From NCBI GenBank assembly GCA_038496445.1, contig JALMLS010000255.1, positions 124,001 to 188,000 on the forward strand: a DNA stretch of 64,000 bases, written 5' to 3'. Position 1 is the stretch's first letter. Each line of letters opens with the position of its first letter. Of the stretch, positions 36,843 through 48,391 are shown in pieces. A model generated the notes under the pieces. It was given only the letters and a program-made list of their open reading frames with translations, did no database searches and was not told the DNA's origin. Both the position numbers and the translations under genes were made by a program. Source of the DNA: Trichosphaerium sp. ATCC 40318 (lineage: Eukaryota; Protista; Tubulinea).

Positions 36843-39800
36843 ATGTTAAGGTTGGTTGAGGTAGAACTTAAAGGGAGGCATTATCTTAACCGGGAAGACG
36901 CCTTTTTTAGTATTTCCACCCAGTCCGCTGCACGTTAACACAGTCTACCAGGTCTATTGGTTACTGTTATTTATGGCTGCACGTAACGATCTAACTCAGT
37001 AATCATCTTTTTTTGTACTTATTCAAAAAATTAAACATTGTTTACGTAGGCAGTTACCTCTCCTTATTGCTACATTAGCGGAGCGCCTAAAGAAACCACA
37101 ATTTGGTGCGTATGATTAATATTCTATGTTTTATGTTTTTTTACCTATTAAACCGAATTCTAACTGATCACGTGATTGTAGTTAAAGCGCCAGGTCTATT
37201 TATACGTGGTAATGGTGATAAAAAGTCTGCTAGAAGAATTAAAGATAAACTACTAAAAGGTATTATAATAAATGGACACGTGATATTTATCACGCGATGG
37301 AAGATACTTCTATAAACAGATTTTTTATTTTCTTTTGGTTTTTTGAGATTTATAACGTCATATCGTAGGTAAAACAGAAAAACTAAACAAATGTACAGGT
37401 AAAAGATACTTTCTCGCTTTTTTGTTTTTTCTGATGTTTTCTTTCAGACCCGTACACAATGGGGCTTGTGCTTCGTATGGCCCTAGAAGACATGATAAAG
37501 CCTGTTATTTCGCATGATTTATACGATTGCTTCATGGCTGCACAAGGTGAGAAGAAGACAAAGCTCCGCCGTTTTTTATGGTCACAACTCATCTGTTTGT
37601 ATGTTTTTAGGCGTTCCAGGTTTAGAGGCTCGTAAGGAGAGTGTGAGAAGAGCGCTAGATATGCTTGCTCCTCTGGATGCGCTTGTTTGGGAATACTTGT
37701 GCTCGTTATTTTATGTAGTTCATCAACACTGCGTCGTTAACAAGATGGACGCGTTTACAATATCCAAGGTTTTTTCTCAATACATTTTGAGAGCTCCAAA
37801 GGCCATAAACGGAAGGAAATCAAAGCCAAAAACAAAGGTATTGTTTCTGAAGCAGAAGAACAACTAAAATATTACAGGAGCAAATGGAAGTGGAATTGAT
37901 GAAAAGAGAGCAAGCTATTACAGTATGAACAACCACGAAAAGAAAAAAAAAATCACATGTGATTTTAATGAAGCGCTAATCTTGTCTTTGTTAGGATATG
38001 ATTATCCACTACCCATTCTTTTTTGTACGTACAGAATTTTACTGAGTTTTTTGCTAAAATTGACAACATACACGTGATGGAGTCAGTTGTTTCTAAATTG
38101 TATCATTTTTGTTCTAATTTTTAACACAGGAGAATAAAGAAATAAGATCTCTTTCAAAACGGAAATGCATTGATCAAATGGCTAGTGGTATGCTTAACAA
38201 TATTATTTATTATTTGCGTAGTATTTTATCTTATTTATATTAGCTGCTTTGGATGCAACAGCAAGGATAGTTATAGACAACGGAAGTGCATTTGTAAAGG
38301 TGACACAAACCATTTTTCTTCTTCTCGTTTTTTTCTCTTCCGTTTGGCTGACGCTATTGTTTAAAGATTGGGGTCAGTGGTGATGATCACCCTATGTGTC
38401 TTATACCTAGTCTTGTTGCACTAAAAAAAGGAAAGAAGAAAGGCATTGTACAGTGTGTTGGTGACGCAGTATATAAAAACGACATAACAACATCTCAACT
38501 TAAATATGTTCTCTCTCCGGAACAAGATAAATTTAACTATGATCACGTGCAAGCAATATGGGACCTAGGCATGAAAAATATAAAAGCAGAGGATATGGAA
38601 AGCCGTGGTGTTCTCCTTACAGAACTACCTGATATGTCAAGAGCACGTGGTACTTATTTTTTTCTGAAACCTGACAAGTACTTTCAAGGTTTCTTCTGTC
38701 AAGATGATGGAGATTTGGTTCGAGGAGTATGGCGTTCCATACATGTACGTATACCTTAACACAATATTTACTGATTATTATTCAAGGTATATAGCGCAGT
38801 CTGCCCTCATGACTCTTTATGGTTTAGGTCGTATTAATGGATTGGTGCGTTTTTTGTTCCAAGTGTTTATACATATGGCTTATATGTTTGAGTAGGTTGT
38901 AGATTGTGGAAATAGACTGCAAGTGATGCCTGTACGCTTGTATTATAAATTATAACTTAGTCTAATTCAAACAGGTGATAAGGGGATACGTAAACCACAA
39001 TGCATCGGTAGGCAACATCCTTTCGCAGAAAACAAGAAAATTTATTTTTAATTAGGTGTATCAACGAAATGGTATTCATCAATTGACGCCCTACTTTAAG
39101 CAATTACTTACATTAAAGGTAAATAATGTGTTAGGTGATTTTATTTTAGTATTGATCAAAGGTAGGGTGTCCATTATGGAGAAACAGTTGGCGAATTGGA
39201 AAAAGTTAGAAAATTGAAAGGTAAGAAAATAAAAAACCGATAACCTTTTGCTAAGTTTTTACTTTGCAGAGGAGTTATGTAGAGTTTCGCCAAAACCTTT
39301 ATCCTCAAAACCTAAACTTGAACATATTAAACATGTGACATCCGATGGAAAGACGATTGAACTTGAAGAAGACCGATATCAAGTTGGAGAAGTACTAATC
39401 TTTTTTTACAATTTCTTTAGTACTAACATTTTCTCTTTAGGCGTTGTTTGATGTACGCTTCACTAATCCTTTTGTCAAACTAATTTTACGGTGAATAGCC
39501 ATCACTATTAGGAGTAGACGTTCCAGGTGTCCACAAACAGATTTATGACGTTGTGAAAAAGTCTCCAATCGATGAAAGAAGAATGTTATTATCCAATATT
39601 GTTCTCAGTGGAGGTACGCTTAATTGGTTTTTACTTGCCTTCAACCACTTCATTGCTTTTATTGAATATCTTATTTGAAATGGTTGATGTGTTGTTTAGG
39701 TAGTACAATGTTTCCTGGATTCGGAGAGCGGTTGAAAGAAGAGTTGTGGTCTTTAATAAAAAAAGATAGAACATCAACACTTCAACTCAGAGATATTAAA

Positions 39801-40069
39801 TTTGCTAAAACAGGAGACCAAGGAAATCTCGGCTGGTATGGTGGATCAGTATTTTCAGAGTTAGATACGTTCGAGGATGTGTGCACGTGGCAATCAGGTA
39901 ATACAGTTTTCTTCAAAATGTGTCAAGAGTTTTTTTTAAAATTTTTTCTTTCTGAACACACAAGCCTTATTATGAAAATCTATTGATTGTTAACGTTTTA
40001 TTTAAAACTATAGATTATGAAGAAGTAGGAGCAGATAATTTAGTATCATATTTGTACAAGCCAGAATAA
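36843..40069 (+). CDS. RhoGAP-domain / divergent actin fusion protein (start approximate)
   Basis: RhoGAP 'LPLLIATLAERL..PGLFIRGNG..DPYTMGLVLRMALEDMIKPVI..NKMDAFTISKVFSQYILR' splices in frame to actin 'IVIDNGSAFVKIGVSGDDHP', 'LLTELP', 'VVDCG', 'NIVLSGGSTMFPGFGERLKEEL', 'WYGGSVF', 'DYEEVG'. Confidence 0.85.
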
Positions 40070-40202
40070 ATAAAACAAAAAACAAAAAATAATTTTGAGA
40101 AAAAACAAAGAAAGCACAAAACCTGTTGTGACTTTGTTGGTTTTAAGTAAATATGATTAACACTCTACTATGTTTTAGAAGGAGTTGTTTATTTGGTTAC
40201 CG

Positions 40203-40952
40203 TCATTTACAATACAACTTAGCAATTGTTTCACTTGCAGGAAGAATAATCGTACTAAACTTACAAATCTCTTTAGCTTCAGCATATCTTCGTTGTGATT
40301 TGAAGAGTATAGCTTGAAACACAAGGTTTGTTGCACCTTGTCCAGGTATATTTTGAGCTACTTCAGCTTTATTTATAAGTGTTTGTCCTCGTTGTATTTG
40401 TGACGTGTGGTACTTGAGCATTAATCCAAAAAAGAAATTCACAAAAGGATTTTTACCATCAGTCAAAGAAATAGCTTTCTCATAGAAAGGCAAAGCCTCA
40501 TCATACTTCTGAGCAATGTTCGACAAATACGCCCCATACTCATACTGAGGCCATACGGTATCTTCTAGTTTCAAAGCTGCTTGAAAAGCAGCTGTAGCTA
40601 TCGATGAATCAAAGAGAAGTGGTGTTGAATACAACCAACCCTTGAACAGTTGTGTATTGGCGTATGAGTTGTTAAGACTGAGTGAGGTGTCTAATGCTGT
40701 GCGAGCAAGTACCCAATCTAGCCCATAGAATATATTATACTTTGCCCTTAGTGACCATAGCAAATAGCTGTTTGGATACTTCTCAATCGAAGCATCTATG
40801 ACAGCGTTCGAAGCTTGAAAAGCTTTCTCGGTTCCATCAATTTGAAGTTTGTTTGCAAGTTCGAAGCATTCTTGTTCAGAGGCGCACTCATTTTGAGCGT
40901 AAACGATAAGATACAATGTTAGAAATGAAGATATTAATGCTTGTAGATACAT
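40203..40952 (-). CDS. Intronless secreted TPR-repeat protein
   Basis: 249-aa ORF with signal peptide. TPR-like segments 'YEYGAYLSNIAQKYDEALPFYEKAISL' and 'ARTALDTSLSLNNSYA'. Confidence 0.75.
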   Translation of the reverse strand: MYLQALISSFLTLYLIVYAQNECASEQECFELANKLQIDGTEKAFQASNAVIDASIEKYPNSYLLWSLRAKYNIFYGLDWVLARTALDTSLSLNNSYANTQLFKGWLYSTPLLFDSSIATAAFQAALKLEDTVWPQYEYGAYLSNIAQKYDEALPFYEKAISLTDGKNPFVNFFFGLMLKYHTSQIQRGQTLINKAEVAQNIPGQGATNLVFQAILFKSQRRYAEAKEICKFSTIILPASETIAKLYCK

Positions 40953-41475
40953 TGCGATAGATGAGTGCTTTAGGAAGTATGGGTTAAGTTTTTATGTTTG
41001 AACCTAAATTTATAGGTATTGTTTGCCCGTTGGTAGTGCTTCACACGTGATATTTTGCGATAAGTTATGAATTCGTAGCTAGTCTACGAATTCAGTTTGT
41101 TTTGTACTTCACTGATACACTAGTTTTGCAATGAAATAAAAGAATAATATGGAGCTACCTGACTTCTCTGTATCTTTCACATTATAAAAACCATTTGCTA
41201 CTAACTTTGTGCTGTGTGCTTGATAAGGTCAACAAATTAACATACAAAACTATGGCATCTTTTGCCAGCCGCGTCCTTACAAATGTTACTATTGTTGGCG
41301 AAAATAAAATAAAGAGCTATCTCTAAGCGGATTTGGGATTTGTTAACTCAAGTTCAAATGTTGATACTGTCGACTGTTATCCAACGCTTTGTAAGCACTG
41401 TGTCCGGGTAGTGGATGCAGACCAACAGTTGACTAAATATAATGATTCCACTGTTTCTTAAAGCGCGTGACATCA

Positions 41476-43477
41476 ATGCCTGATTGGGGTACTCATAATA
41501 AAGAAAATTTAGGTTTAATCTACGTTCTAGATAGCTGGTTTGCTTATTCAACGGCTAAAGTTGTAGAAATACGCGATTCAAAGCTAGGATTATTATACAA
41601 CCTTTTTCTTATCGGTATAGTTGTCTACATCGTCGGTATAACAGTAAGACTTTATAATACAAAGTTATAAACAAGTTTTTTTTTAACCTAAATCACGTGA
41701 TATAGGTTGTGTATGAGAAGCGTTATTTATACCTAGAGAACCCAGTAGGGTACGATTCTAGGCGAAGCATAGCATCGTAAATTCATACTTTCCTTAGGTC
41801 AGTTCGTTTGACACTTCAGTCTCCAGAAAATGCAGACCAACCAAAGAATAGAACTAATGCTGCTATGGTACGAAAAGTTTAGCTTGTGAAGAGGTTATTT
41901 GTTATAACCTTTGTTCTTACCGTTGTTTAGCTTCGTTATTGTAAACAAAACAGCTCAACAATTGATACTGGTGGAAAAATACTAGATAATAACGAGCACG
42001 TGATTTATTTAAAACTGTTGTGTTACACAACGCTTGCTAATGTTGTGGTAGGTGCGAGTATTGGGATGAACAACTTGCTGTTTTCCCAGTTGTTGAGGTG
42101 ATGTTATAACACTTACTTGAAGCGGCTAAAAAGCAATGATAGGACCACGATATGTTCATTACAACGCGCGTCACTATAAACACACAACAGGTGCCTGACG
42201 ACTGCACTTTAAAAGACTTTGGTACGAACATAATCAAACTTCCTTAGTTGTTTGGAAGAATCTAAGATCACGTAGGTTGCAGGTTCATAACAGATAATAC
42301 CACTCAGAATCTCTATATCGCAGGAATTGAAGAGTTTACAGTACGTTTTACTTGTTTGGTGTGCGCTCATAAGAGTCAGATACTTGTTGATCATACAATG
42401 TTCACACCTGTTGTTAAATTACAAAGAAATGCAGTAGAGATTGCTGGATATATCGTTGATAGTGATGGTAATGAGATGACTGTTAAAGAACCTTCACAAA
42501 TAGGAGAAGTTGGTAAATTTGATATTTTAACTCTTGGTACTTTGCTACAAGCTTCAGGAGTAGACCTTGATACAATAGCTCAAACAAATAACAACAGAAC
42601 AAAAAGAACTGAGGTAAGTTTTTGCCGTTTAAAAACACGTGATAATATTATTTTTTGCTTACACCATGGCATTTAGGGTATTGTTGTTATAGTGTTCATT
42701 ACTTATAGTAATACGTACTCGTATAATACTGGGAAGATTAGATACGAGTACAAAGCTGTAACACTACAAAACGCAAAATTTAAAGCAGAACAACCTATCT
42801 TTACCAAAGCACGTGTTTCACACTTACACTACCAACGTTTTTCTTACACCCTCATAAGAACTACTATAGCCGTGTGATATTTAACAGGCATGGTGTGCGC
42901 GTCATTGTGCTCCAAGTTGGAGAAATTGGAAAATTCGATTTCCAGGTAACAAACAACTGCGCAGTATTTTAACTTAGAATTTTGTGTAGGTCCTACTTCT
43001 CACTCTGGTTTCTGGTCTGGGTCTCTTAGCTGTGGCTACTGTAATTGTAGATATTATAGCGATGTATATTCTGCCATCAAAGAAAGGTAAATCCTTGTCA
43101 GTGTCATCCCGCTAATGTGAGCGTTCTAGTCTATAAAAAGTACAAATTTCAAAAGACGCCGTGTGCACACGAAATTGCAGGGTACAACGACTTGGAAGAA
43201 TCATCAACATCAAGCGATTCTCCTGGACATGTTGTGACAAACAGCGCCGCCAAGTAATAAACAACAAACAATCAAATGAAACTCACATTCTCATTTTTTT
43301 CTTTCTTCTCTTTTTTTTTTTTTTTACAGCCAGACAATTGAGTGTGTTAGTGTAATTTTTTATAGAACCGTGATATCTGTTCAAAAAGACGATGAAGAAG
43401 CAGTATCTATTAACTACAAGAAAATGGAGCCTGATAAATCATCTTGGCAGTTGGCAACTGCAGACTATGATACATAA
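41476..43477 (+). CDS. P2X receptor (ATP-gated cation channel), Dictyostelium-like
   Basis: 'DWDSWFAYSTAKVVEIRDSKLG' (YxTxK) followed by TM1; 'GSVRLTLQ'; 'RHGVRVIVLQVGEIGKFDFQ'; TM2 'LVSGLGLLAVATVIVDII'; C-terminal YxxxK 'YKKYKF'. Confidence 0.92.
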
Positions 43478-43632
43478 CTTAACTGTTCATGTTGGCAACA
43501 AAAAGCAATGTTTTTTGTTTCTCCTCAGTGTATAAAATAATTGATGAAGTTAATCACGATTAACAATAACCATGTTGTAGTCAATGCCAAATCTTGCTAA
43601 TAGCTTTTTGTTTTAAAATCGTTTTATTTTAC

Positions 43633-45186
43633 TTAGTGTCCAGGTGTTCCCTCTGCTAATGCCTTAATCCTCCAAACATGAAATGGTCTCTTGGATTCTA
43701 TAAAACTAAAAATAAAGTTACACAAACCTTGAGAAACCTTGACAATGCTTAAGTGTACCTTCGCGATTGCATCATTATATTCGGAATTGATGAGTCTGTA
43801 AAGTATAGCCAACTATCTGGACCAAAACTAGACATGTGTTGGCGTTCATTAAGTAAAGGAAAATATGTGAAACTTGCCTTAAACCATCTGGCCAAACCCA
43901 ACGTTCGTCTTGTACAAGTGTTGACAGTTTACCGTTCTTATCAAGAACAGATATAGCTCCGTGTTCGATTGCTGTAATGTATATATTTCCCTCCTCATCT
44001 AGAGAAATACCATCGCTCTGTGGTTTAGAACCAACTGCCTCGACCTTCCAGCATTATTAGTTTTTTTTCTGCAGATGATTAAATGTACCCTCTTTGAGAT
44101 TTGTTCGTATGCAAGTTCCTTGTTAATCAAATCAGCTACCTTTACTCTAAACATTGTCTCATGCGACATTGGAGAGTAATACAGGTATTCACCCTTATCA
44201 TCAAGAGCAATAGAGTCAATAGCCGGATGCATACTAAAAATACCTGGATTAGAAACTTGGATAAGAAAACACATGTCTTACTTGAATAGACCTCCAAAGA
44301 AAGACATTATATGGCCTTTAGTCTAAAGTTTGTTACTTAATTACTAAATAACCTAGAGTATCACACGCACGTTAATAACGTAGTGTTTGTCAGTGACAGA
44401 CTCGTGATTTTGTAACACTCTTCTTGCAGTTTTGGATGCAATATCATAAACAATAATAGTTGGACTTAAATTGAACACGCCAATATCTGCAATAAATGCA
44501 TATTTACCATCATTAGATATAGCAAAATCTTGAGCGTATGATCCATAACCAGCAACATCTGTATGTTCAAACATTAGCAAACAAATCAACTTTTAATCGA
44601 AAAAAAAAAGTTCACAAAACAACGAATTCGTTTTCTTCTAGACAACACGTGATGTTGTTGGGTACCTTTTGGAATATCCCAACGATGTACAAGTTCTTTT
44701 GTGGCGTAATCGAAGGCTAAAAGACGTGGTTGTCGAACACCATGAAAGCCTGTATCCAAAGTCCAAAGTCGGCCTTGTCTATCAATACGCAAACTGAAGA
44801 CAGCGTCAAAGTACGGTTCATCTCCTCCACGTGCGCTTTGCCATTCGACGTTAGGCCAAGGAACAGGCTTACCATCAACTATTTCCAGTACTTTCAGCTC
44901 TGGATTGCCTACAACGCGTGAAAAAAGGCCAAGAAGACTGAATTGAAGGAATACCTTCTGGGTGGTAATTAATGAACACTCTTCCTTCTTTAGACACTGC
45001 TATATTGCCTGGGGCTTCTTGTAATACAGCGACTACCTCTGCTTGCACTTCTTCGCTGGTTTTAAGCGGCTTATCGTGTTTTAACGTAAAAGGCGTCGTT
45101 GGACCTCCATAGCGGTATTTTACAGCGCCCAAAAGCAACGCAATCAGTAGAAATACAACTGTAGCTCCGCTAGTGAGGTATCCCAT
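43633..45186 (-). CDS. Major royal jelly protein/Yellow family (L-dopachrome tautomerase-related) beta-propeller with N-terminal anchor
   Basis: 'PGNIAVSKEGRVFI', 'LRIDRQGRLWTLDTG', 'YAFIADIG', 'IDSIALD..YLYYSPM', 'KPQSDGISLD', 'WPDGLSFGPD'. Confidence 0.85.
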
Positions 45187-45639
45187 CTCTGACGAAAATA
45201 TCCAATGATTCCTTTCCAAGTCAACTAAAAAAGCAACCAATTTTCGGGCAAACTTTCCAGATTAAATCACTGAAGCGAGGATCAAAAACTTGTTCGAAAA
45301 GTTTACATTCGTTTGAAAATATGCGAGGGTGGGTCTCCGACCTATATCCAAGCTACTAGAAACTACATAGTCATTTTATGGATGTCCACAACCAAGTATC
45401 CACACAAACAAAAAGAACGATCATAGGCTGCTTTGCAGCGCCTAATCAAAGTTTATATAGAGCTTTTCCCTAACGGCAGAACTCACCTCTATATCGGACC
45501 TTATAATTTTCTTGGCCCAGACCGAGTTCCTAAGTTAATTACGTGCTACTTACGAGGACATGCTGGCTAATGTAACGATTCAAGCTTTCACACTACGTCG
45601 GATTAAGATGGAACTTTGTCAATTCCACCTCGCACTGCA

Positions 45640-46345
45640 TACACCCACTAAGCTAGACGGAGGACTCCCTTAAATATTTTCGACCAAATGGCTAGGAAGC
45701 CCCACGCGTGGTGCACACACTGCAACTACTACAATTTATTAACTATTTTCGTTTCATTTTATACCCATAAAAGCCACTCAGAAATAAATTGTGGGATACA
45801 GACTGCACTTCACTGAAAATTCTACTGTAAATACTCAAATATGGATAATGCACATTTCAAAACGCTACTAAAGGCTTGTATAGGCTGTTTACATACGTGA
45901 AAACCTTATCGGCAAAGTTTTGTTTCAAAAAACGTGCAACTAAACGAGAACTGCTTTTTCTGGCTGTATTGTCGCCACTTCACTGAAACATCTAATACTC
46001 ATATATGGATAGCGTACTTTTGAAATGGCCATAAACCTGTGTGATAGCTGTTTTCGTGCGTTGCGAACCGTTTCGGCAACGTTATGTTTCGCTAAATGTG
46101 CAACTAAGCGAATACTTATTTTTTCCGCTTGAACGCGCAACACATTAGATGCTGCTATTAAAACGCTAATTTAACATTAAATAAATCGTCCTTTAGCCAT
46201 GATCCACATATTAAAGCCAACAACAGCTACAAATAGCAATTCTATTATTAGAGTGACAAAGTGCAAGAATGTCAACAACTTGTGACAATATGGTGTGTCC
46301 AGCGAATACGGTCCGGTTCCAGTGTATGTTTTCAGTACTGACATA
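45640..46345 (-). CDS. Possible hypothetical membrane protein gene (structure unresolved)
   Basis: ORF with a TM-like stretch (46177-46345), minus-strand GT donors, and a repeated peptide 'YPYMSIRCFSEV' / 'YPYLSIYSRIFSEV'. Confidence 0.3.
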
Positions 46346-46447
46346 ACTTTCTTGGAGCATTGCGAATAGTACTTTGTCCGTTTACTGCACACAAGACTTA
46401 ACGTTTGTTGCCTTACATTTATTTGTGACAAATCTCTCTGTTAGCAA

Positions 46448-47371
46448 ATGGAAAACAACAAACTAGAAGCTGCAGCGCAATTCCAAAAGGAAATTGAGTT
46501 CCTACGTACGTTTTTAGCAACGTACAATTACTTCCTACTTACATTGATTAGAAAAGCGCAAAGAGAGTCTAGAACAGCATCTAACGCGCGAAAAAGACAA
46601 CACCCAGCTACAATTAGAGTATAACGAGCTGTTACAAACATTATCATGGTATGCGGAACGAGTTAAGGAGACTGGATTCTCTGATGCAGTAAAACATAAA
46701 GGTACCAACGCAAGCAAACGCTTTACAGGGTATTTAGCATTTTGTAGATTTATTGACACTTGATGCAATGGGTAACCATACCCGACGCCAACAGACAACC
46801 GTATCAGTACCATACGTACGTTTAATAGATATTTTATGAAATAAGAAACCGAAAACCAGGTTTTTTGTCAATATTTTTGATTCACACTTTTTAGGGTCCT
46901 GATGAAAGGCCTACCTATGGACTACCACCAGATATGCTTGGAAATTCAGACTCTAGTGTAAATTCTGACTCTAGAGGAAGCTTGGTTCCAGTAGTACCAC
47001 AAGTCCCTCAGCCTAGACCTCCAAGTCCACCTAGAGTGGACTACGGGATACCACCAGATAGTTTGTCAAATAGCCTAGACCTTGTAGAACCAAGATCGAT
47101 TGAGGAGGAAGTGTCGTGCTATGGCCCACCTTCTTTCTTTAATGACGAACCCATGCTTGTACCTATTGCAGCACCTTTGTCTCCACCTGAGGTAGTAACG
47201 GTAGACCAATTTCCAGCTGAACTAAAGCCAACAACAAAACCTAAAAAGAAACCACAAAAGGTAGAAGTAGAAGAAGGGGAAGAAGAAAAACAAGTTATAA
47301 AGCCAAAAGTGAAAAAACCAAAGAAGAAAAAAAAAGATAAAAAACGGAAAAAGAAAAAAGACAAAAAGTAA
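46448..47371 (+). CDS. Hypothetical protein: N-terminal coiled coil, Pro-rich middle, Lys-rich tail
   Basis: Spliced 'MENNKLEAAAQFQKEIEFL..LEYNELLQTLSWYAERVKE...PQPRPPSPPR...KKKKKDKKRKKKKDKK*'. Confidence 0.65.
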
Positions 47372-48391
47372 TTTGATTTGCTGCTCTTTGTATTTCAAAG
47401 AATTACATTATTAATAAAATTCATGCAACTACACCAGATCCCTTACCTGTTAAGCTTGCATTCCAAAAGCCCTCAAGCCCATTGAACTCACAAAAAAGTC
47501 ATAAGAGCAACGAAAAATAAAACGTATAGCAAACCAGTTTTTTAGGAAAGCGCGTTCGAAAGCGCTAGAACAACGACCCACTAGTTCATCACCAAGGATC
47601 TTCCCAACTGTAGGTCAACACCATCTTACTACCTCATAAAACAAAGAAGTTCTGCATTTCACTGTTTCATCAAACTTATACTAACAATCACGTGACATCA
47701 TGATTTGAGAAGTCTCGTAAGAAAAATATTGTCTGCTACCGCTATTTTGCAAAAAACTAGCAAGTGTAGAGACTGAAATAAGAGTGATCAGAAGTGGTAC
47801 TACTCATGTTCGCCCTGCCAGCTATCTAGCAGTATGTTGTTGGCTACTTTATGGTTTTTTAATTCTTTGTTTTCGGGCTACTAACAAAATACCAAGATGC
47901 AGTTGAACTCTAGCTACTTTACTGCTGTACGAGAAGTTTATCTTTAACGAACATATTGTTAAAGTGCTAGATTTCTTTAGCGGCTTGAGTCACGATATAA
48001 AGAGCACAACCAAACGATTCAAAAAAACTATTCCGAAAAGACTCTTGAAATTAGGGCTACGATCTTTGGTGAATCAGTTTGGCATGATCTTTTGTGAATC
48101 ACTCACATTAAAAACTAACCCTTCGGTAGTTTTAAAAGCGTAAATACACGTCCTTAATAATCCAAGTGTTGTTATTCCGCACGTGCCAGTATTGTAACTT
48201 GGAAGAATAAGAATACTCACACACGAATCGTACCTTATCCTTGACAAGTTGGCATGGAGAAATGAGAAAGTCAAACAATTCTAAAAAAAACCGTTAAGCC
48301 TACTTTGTGGTTGCCAGTTAAGTTTTACCGTTGATTTACCTAATTCTAACACTATGACTACCATTGGCATCTAAGAATACTAACTATATCA

